Below, piece after piece: positions 49,236-54,978 of a stretch of 54,978 bases of DNA. Origin of the DNA: Candidatus Latescibacterota bacterium (GTDB lineage Bacteria > Latescibacterota > UBA2968 > UBA8231); assembly GCA_965205655.1 (NCBI GenBank), contig CBDBIJ010000012.1:1-54978 (forward strand), in the 5' to 3' direction. A program made the position numbers and the translations under genes. Position 1 is the first letter of the stretch; every line of letters begins with the position of its first letter. The notes under the pieces were generated by a model. That model saw only the letters and a list, made by a program, of their open reading frames with translations. It searched no databases and was not told the origin of the DNA.

Positions 49236-52200
49236 TACGAGAACTCCTTGAATCGCACCCGGAAGAAGATCGAATAAAGTACCGGCACCACTCCCAGAGT
49301 CAGCGCCGTCGCGAACAACAGGCCGAAGATGATCGCGACTGCCATCGGCTGAAACATCGGCCCGCCTCCGTACCACAGGGGAAGCATGCCGCCGATCGTC
49401 GTGCACGTCGTCAGAACGATCGGACGCAACCGTCGCTGCGCCGCTTCAACCACCGCCCGCTGCGGGTCGAGTCCGTTTTCCTCGATCTCGAGCTTGATCC
49501 TGTCGAGCAGAACGATGGCGTTGTTGATGACGATGCCGCACAGTGAAATGATACCCAGGAAGGTCATGAACCCCATGCTCGAGCGGGCCACGAGCAATCC
49601 GATGACGACGGCCTATCAGACCTAACGGAATGGTCGCCAGGATGATGACTGGGCGTCGCAGGGAATTGAACTGCCCCACCAGCAGCATCAGAATGAGGAG
49701 GCCGGCGATCGGCAATTTGACGCCGATCGCTTCGTTCGCTTCCACGGAGGCCTCGAACTCGCCGCCGAACTCCCAGCGATACCCCAGCGGCCAGTCGGAG
49801 TCCACTCCATTCAGCCACCCGTCCAGTTGATCGAATATCGCCAGGGCCGTCACCTCGCCTTCGATCTGGGAGGACACCGTCACTGTTTTCAGCCTGTCGC
49901 GCCGCAGTATCTTCGACGGCTGCCACGCCACCTCGATATCGGCCACTTGCTTGAGCGGCACCGACGCGCCACTCATCTGGGAAAAGATGTTCAGACTTTC
50001 GAGCTTGCCGATATCATCCCGATACGCTTCGATTAAGCGCAGCGTCACCGGAATCAGCTCGTCGCCTTCGCGATACTCGGTAGTCTGAAAACCGCTCAGC
50101 ACCGTCTGCAGTGAGACCGCCACGTCGCGGCTCGTCAGACCCGCTCGCCGGGCTCGCATCTGATCGATGTTCACTTCCAGCTTTTTGGTACGCGCCCCCC
50201 AGTCGTCGCTGATGTTCTTGACTCCGGGAACCGACGCCATGTGTGCCTTCACCTGATCGACGATGGCGAAGACTTTTTGTTCGTCCTCGCCGGAGATTCG
50301 CACTTCGATCGGGTCCTGTACCGGCGGACCGTTCAGCAGTCTGCGAACATCCGGAATGACGTCCGGGAAGTTTTCCAGACAGAAGCGCTCGATGCGCGGA
50401 ATGAGGTCGCCGACGACTTCGTAGGATGTCGCGTTGATCAGCAGCATGGCATATTCGGGGCTGGCCATTTTGGGCGAGTAGGTCAGCGTGTACCTCGGCG
50501 GCCCCTGGCCGATGAAGCTGGCCCAGTTGACGACGCCCTCCGTCCTCTCGCCGTCGACCTGCAGCTCCTCCTCGATGAATCGCTCCAGCTCTGTGACCAC
50601 GCCCTGGGTGCGCTCGATCGGCGCGCCGATCGGCAGCTCGAGCTCCGCCGTGATCATCGGCTGATCCTTGTCGGGGAAGAAGATGTTGGGGATGTAGCCG
50701 AACCCCTGCATGACGACGAGGAACACGACCACGGTAGCGATCACGCTCAGCAGTCGATGGCGAAGCGCCAGCAACAGGAGATTCCGATAGCGGCGATAGA
50801 TTCTCGTGTCGAAGCTTTCCCCGACCTTCTGCTTCACCTTCATGAACTGCACGCACAGCATCGGGATCATCGTCAGCGACAGCACCCACGAGCACAGCAG
50901 CGCGATCGTCACGACCTTGAACAACGGCGCCGTGTACTCTCCCACGTCCGACTCGGCGAGGTAGATCGGCAGAAAGGCCGCCGCCGTCGTCAGCGACGCC
51001 GTCAGCAGCGGCACCCGCAATTCTGCGGACGAAGCGATGGCCGAGTCGGTAGCCGAGTGTCCGCTCTCCATTCCCACCATGATCGACTCTGACATGACGA
51101 TGGCGTTGTCCACCAGCAGCCCGAGCGAGATGATGAGGGCGGACAGCGACATCTGGTCGAGCCCGATCTCGAACCACGACATCACCAGCAGCGACATCAC
51201 CATCGTCATCGGAATCAGCGTCGACACCACGAGCCCGGTTCGCACACCCAGACTGATCAGCATCACGACCATGACGATGGCGATCGCTTGCAGCAGGTTG
51301 CGGGTAAAGTCGTTCACCTTCTTGTCCACTACATCCGGCTGGAACGAGATGACATCGAACTCGATGCCGATCGGGTAGCGCTCCTGCATCCGCGCCATCC
51401 TCGCCCGCACATCGCGGCCGAGGCTGATCAGGTTCCCTCCCTCGCGCAGCGATATCGAAATCGCCAGCGCCGGAACCCCGGAAGACCGCACAGTGTGGCT
51501 CGGCGGGTCGATGTAGCCCCGTTTGACATCGGTGATATCCTCGAGATACAGCAGATCCCGGCTTCCCGGCACGTTGACGATCGTGCGCCGTAGCTCCGGC
51601 ACCGACTCGAAGTTGCCAGACGGTTCGAGGACGATGCGCTCGTCGCCGGTGTTTATAGCGCCACCGGGCAGCACGATATTTCGATTCTCGAGCGTCGTCA
51701 TCAGGTGAAACGCCGAGACACCCAGTTCGGCCAGACGGGCGTTGTCGTATTCCACGAAGACGCGCTCTTCCTGGGCTCCCTGGATCTCGACCTTGGCGGC
51801 TTCGGGAATCATCAACAGCTCGTTTCGCACCTGGTCGGCGACGTCCTTCAGCTCAGCGTACTCATACCCCTCCCCCGTAAGCGTGATGATGGTGCCGATC
51901 ACCCCGTCTGGCAGTTCCCTGCTGGCCCGCTCCACCTTGCGCCGCAGCGAATCCCATATCGGCCGCATCTCCGTTTCGCTCGCCAGAATCTCCGGGAAGA
52001 TCAACGACACTCCGTTCCTCGACGTGCTCTTGACGAAGTTGAGCTCTCGCATCTCCTGGATCGTCTTCTCCAGCTTGTCCGTCACCAGCTGTTCCACCCG
52101 CTGCGGACTGGCGCCGGGAAACAGCGTCATCACCTGCGCCACGCGGATGATGAAACCGGGGTCTTCTGACCTCGACATGTCGCCGTAGGCCGACAGGCCG

Positions 52201-52271
52201 GCAATGGCGACGACGACGAGAGCGACGAAGGTGACCCTATTCTTCTCTATGGCAGCTCGTGTGGCGTTCAT
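49232..52271 (-). CDS. RND efflux transporter permease (AcrB family), apparent +1 frameshift near 49611
   Basis: SEDPGFIIR, PGASP..VEQLVT, LGLLVDNAIV, GIVINNAIVLLD, RLRPIVLT; about 1012 aa when rejoined. Confidence 0.93.
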
Positions 52272-52286
52272 TTTTTTGCCACCTGA

Positions 52287-53433
52287 CTACTCGGCCAGCA
52301 GGCGCACCTGTTGCCCGTCCACGATGCGACTCACGCCGGCCGTCACCACAAGCTCGCCGTCCTCGAGTCCGTCCACGATCTCCATCAACCCGCCGTCACC
52401 GACGTCTCCCTTTATGCTCACCGGGCGACGCTCCGTCTTCGTCGTCCCGGCAGCGTCCGTCTTCACCACGAACACGAAGCGCCCCTTGCGGTCCTCGCCC
52501 ACCGCCACTCCGCGCACGTAGATGTGCTCCCTGCCGCCGCGACCACCGAATTCAAAGCCAACTTCCGCCGCCATCCCCGGCCTGCAGTCCGGATCTTCCT
52601 CGTCCATCCTCACCGTGACTGGAAACGTCGTCGCCGCTCCCGTGGAGACGACGCCAACTTCTGTCACCTTCGCCCCGAAGTCGCGGTCCTTGATGGCGCC
52701 GAAGCGAACTGTCACGTCGTCACCCTCTCTTACCTGGGCGATCAGCACCTCGGGAATCGCCACCTCTACCTCCAGCCGACCCCGGGAGGTGAGCAGAACG
52801 ACCGGCTGTCCCGCATTCACGTTTTCGTTCGGCTCCACGGGCACATCCGCAATGGACCCGTCGAGCTGGGCTTTCAACTTCGTGTAGCTGAGCTGTACTT
52901 CTGCAAGCTCCAGTCGCCTGGCCAGCGAATTCACATTCTCCTGCGCCGATTCCGATCCCGCTCTGGCGGCGTCCAGATCGTTCTTCGAGGCGTTGCGATT
53001 CTCGTAGAGCTGCTGGACCCGCGCGTAGTTGGCCTTGGCGTTGCGCGCTTGCGCCTCGGCGCTCGCCAAACCGGCCTGCGCCTCCTGCACGTGGAGCTCG
53101 AAATCCCTGTCGTCGAGCTCGGCCATCAACTGCCCGGGCTTTACGCGGTCGCCTGACCTCTACCAACACGCGTTCGATGGTCCCGGGCACTTTGAAGCTG
53201 AGCTTCGACTCCACTGCCGCCCGTGATGTGCCCGAAAAGAATCGCGTGCGCTCGCCACCGGTGGCGTACACCAGTTCGGTGCGTACTGGTCTGATGATCG
53301 GCGGCGGCGGCGGCGGCTCCTCGCCGCATCCCACCAGCACCGGTGCTGCCAATGCCGCCGTGATCCAATAGGCGGCGAACCTCACCCTCCACGAACGCTG
53401 CGACGCACACCCGTATCGATTGTCGGAAATCAT
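52287..53433 (-). CDS. RND periplasmic adaptor (MFP) lipoprotein, apparent +1 frameshift near 53155
   Basis: Lipobox LVGC, LSFKVPGTI..VEV-GDRVKPGQLMAELD, LSYTKLKA, GLEDGELVVTAG; ATG overlaps the TolC TGA. Confidence 0.92.
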
Positions 53434-54978
53434 CTGTCACCGGCTTTCTCGAAGAATGAATCCGTCTTCGCGAACCACGCCTCTCGGTGCGTCTCGTCGG
53501 CGAAGAAATAGAACTTCCTATGGAGCGTTCGACCTCCATGAGCGTCAGGAGAAAATCGAACACCGCATTCGCCGCCCCCTCCTCCGCCACGAGCTGGGCG
53601 TTCTGTGCGTCCAGCAGATCGAGGATGGAGACGACACCGCGACCGTAGGCATCCTCCACGAGCTCCAGGTTCTTGACGGCTGCTATCGCCGCCTCTTCGG
53701 ACAATCCGATGCCGGCGTAGGCCGCGCCCGAATGGTGCAGCGCCGAGCGAATCCGCTGTTCCACTCGCTCGGCCACGGCCTGCCGTTGCAGGCGCAAGCC
53801 CTCCAGCTCCTCGGTCGCCTCCTTCGACGCCGCGAACTTGGCGCCCCCTTGGTAGAGCGGAAAGGTCACGTTCAGTCCCACTGTCCAGTTTGCGTCCCCA
53901 CCGATCGGATCGATCCCCGAGCCTTCACCGTCCCGGGAAATGTGCCGCGTCGCGTCTCCCTTCAGGGCGACGGTGGGCAGATAGTGTGCCCGCTGTGCCA
54001 TGGTCAGGACGCGCGACTGGGCTGCGATGGCCGCGTCCAGGCCCTTCAGCTCTGGCGCCGACGCCATGCCGTCTTCCACCATGAAGGTTCCGGAAGATGC
54101 CGAAGTTGTGCTTGTTGTCGATGAAGCGGATGAAGCGCGGATCGTGGGTAATCAGATTCTCGTCGTGCAGACCGATCTCCTGGGTGTCGAAGTCCTCCTC
54201 GAGCGGGCGGTGCAGGATTCGATTGAGGGCGATCTGGGCGACGTTGCGCTGCGTGTTCGCCTGGATACCGGCATTGCGCGCCGTGGCCATCTGAGACTCC
54301 CATCGGTATATCTCGGCTGGACCGGACATGCCGATCTGTTGTCGCACCCGGGCCAACTCCAGGTTCGACCTTGTGAGATCGAGGTCGTTCTTCTGTATGC
54401 GTTTGAAGGTCTCCGCCCGCAGCACGTTGAGATAGGCCGTGGCCGCTTCGTGAGCGACGTTCAGCTTCACCTGCTCCCGCTCCTGCGCGAGCGCCGCGCT
54501 GCAGATCGCCGCGGATGCTGGCGTTCGCCCGTGCAGCCTCGGAGTAGACGACCTGGGTCACCGTGCTCGTTCCGTCTACCTGACGCTCGGCGCTGGAACG
54601 GGCTCGCCAGCGCTTCATCGGCCACGATTCCCGTTGCGCTCAGACCGATCTGCGGCAGCAGATTGGCTTTCGCCTGTCGCACCGATTGTTCGCCCGCTGC
54701 CACCGCCCTGCCCATGATCGCGAGATCGAGATTCGATCGAACCGCCTCCTGGACCGCGGCGATCAGCGTCAGCTGCCGCACCACCGGCTTCTCCGCGGCT
54801 GCGATCTGTTCGGCTTCGTTGACGACACTCCAGCTGGGATACACCTGCATCGCCCGTGCCGTGGCCATGTTGATGGTGAGCCGATCGCTGCGCTGGAAGA
54901 CGACGGTGAGTGTGCCCGCATTCTCGCCGAGGAGAATCCGTTGAATGTTCAACGCGATCCGACGCGCCAGCTTCGACA
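53430..54978 (-). CDS. TolC-family outer membrane factor with N-terminal ABC substrate-binding-like domain (5' truncated by the window; four apparent frameshifts)
   Basis: OEP repeats AVRSNLDL..KANLLPQI, AYLNVLRA, YLPTVAL, FPLYQGG, YGRGVVSILDLLDAQ; upstream segment LTINMATARAMQV. Frameshifts near 54595, 54499, 54086 and 53518. Confidence 0.85.

Noticed and set aside
53299..53317. (CGG)n repeat as a contingency locus
   Set aside because: It encodes the poly-Pro linker after the MFP lipobox; triplet changes would not shift the frame.
34906..54978. Programmed ribosomal frameshifting as the explanation for the split genes
   Set aside because: Shift sites share no slippery motif and occur in families not known to use it; error or decay is more parsimonious.

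Overview
High-GC diderm bacterial chromosomal window. The gene mix (Na+-NQR, DUF4159, paired PhyH dioxygenases, HIS6-type hisA) suggests a marine or saline lineage such as Latescibacterota/Gemmatimonadota; this is inference only. Left part (1-34.8 kb) is mostly housekeeping: an IS256 inserted just after nqrE of nqrABCDE, a TonB receptor, an AGCS symporter, aceE-aceF-lpdA, a TPR lytic transglycosylase, DUF368, mutY with an intact Nudix box, two DmpA paralogs, two PhyH enzymes, a LeuB-family dehydrogenase, and an NtrC-type activator. The activator is followed by a consensus sigma54 promoter ahead of a REC protein, a FapA-like protein, rsmD and hisA. Right part (34.9-55 kb) is one minus-strand, tightly spaced cluster: SBP-TolC fusion, MFP, RND, POTRA-less Omp85 barrel, exported atypical (HipA/PI3K-like) kinase-fold protein, NTT (ATP/ADP translocase-like) transporter, NTT-HEAT protein, cNMP-binding protein, two paralogous REC proteins and a PAS histidine kinase. 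This cluster is the best candidate for an undescribed system, hypothetically nucleotide export feeding an extracytoplasmic kinase. The NTT-HEAT gene is disrupted by a triple nested IS (IS30 in IS1380 in IS30), and all IRs and target duplications are readable. The cluster carries about 13 frameshifts, one nonsense codon and a probable in-frame deletion, so sequencing error and real decay both need testing. No rRNA, tRNA or CRISPR array was seen.
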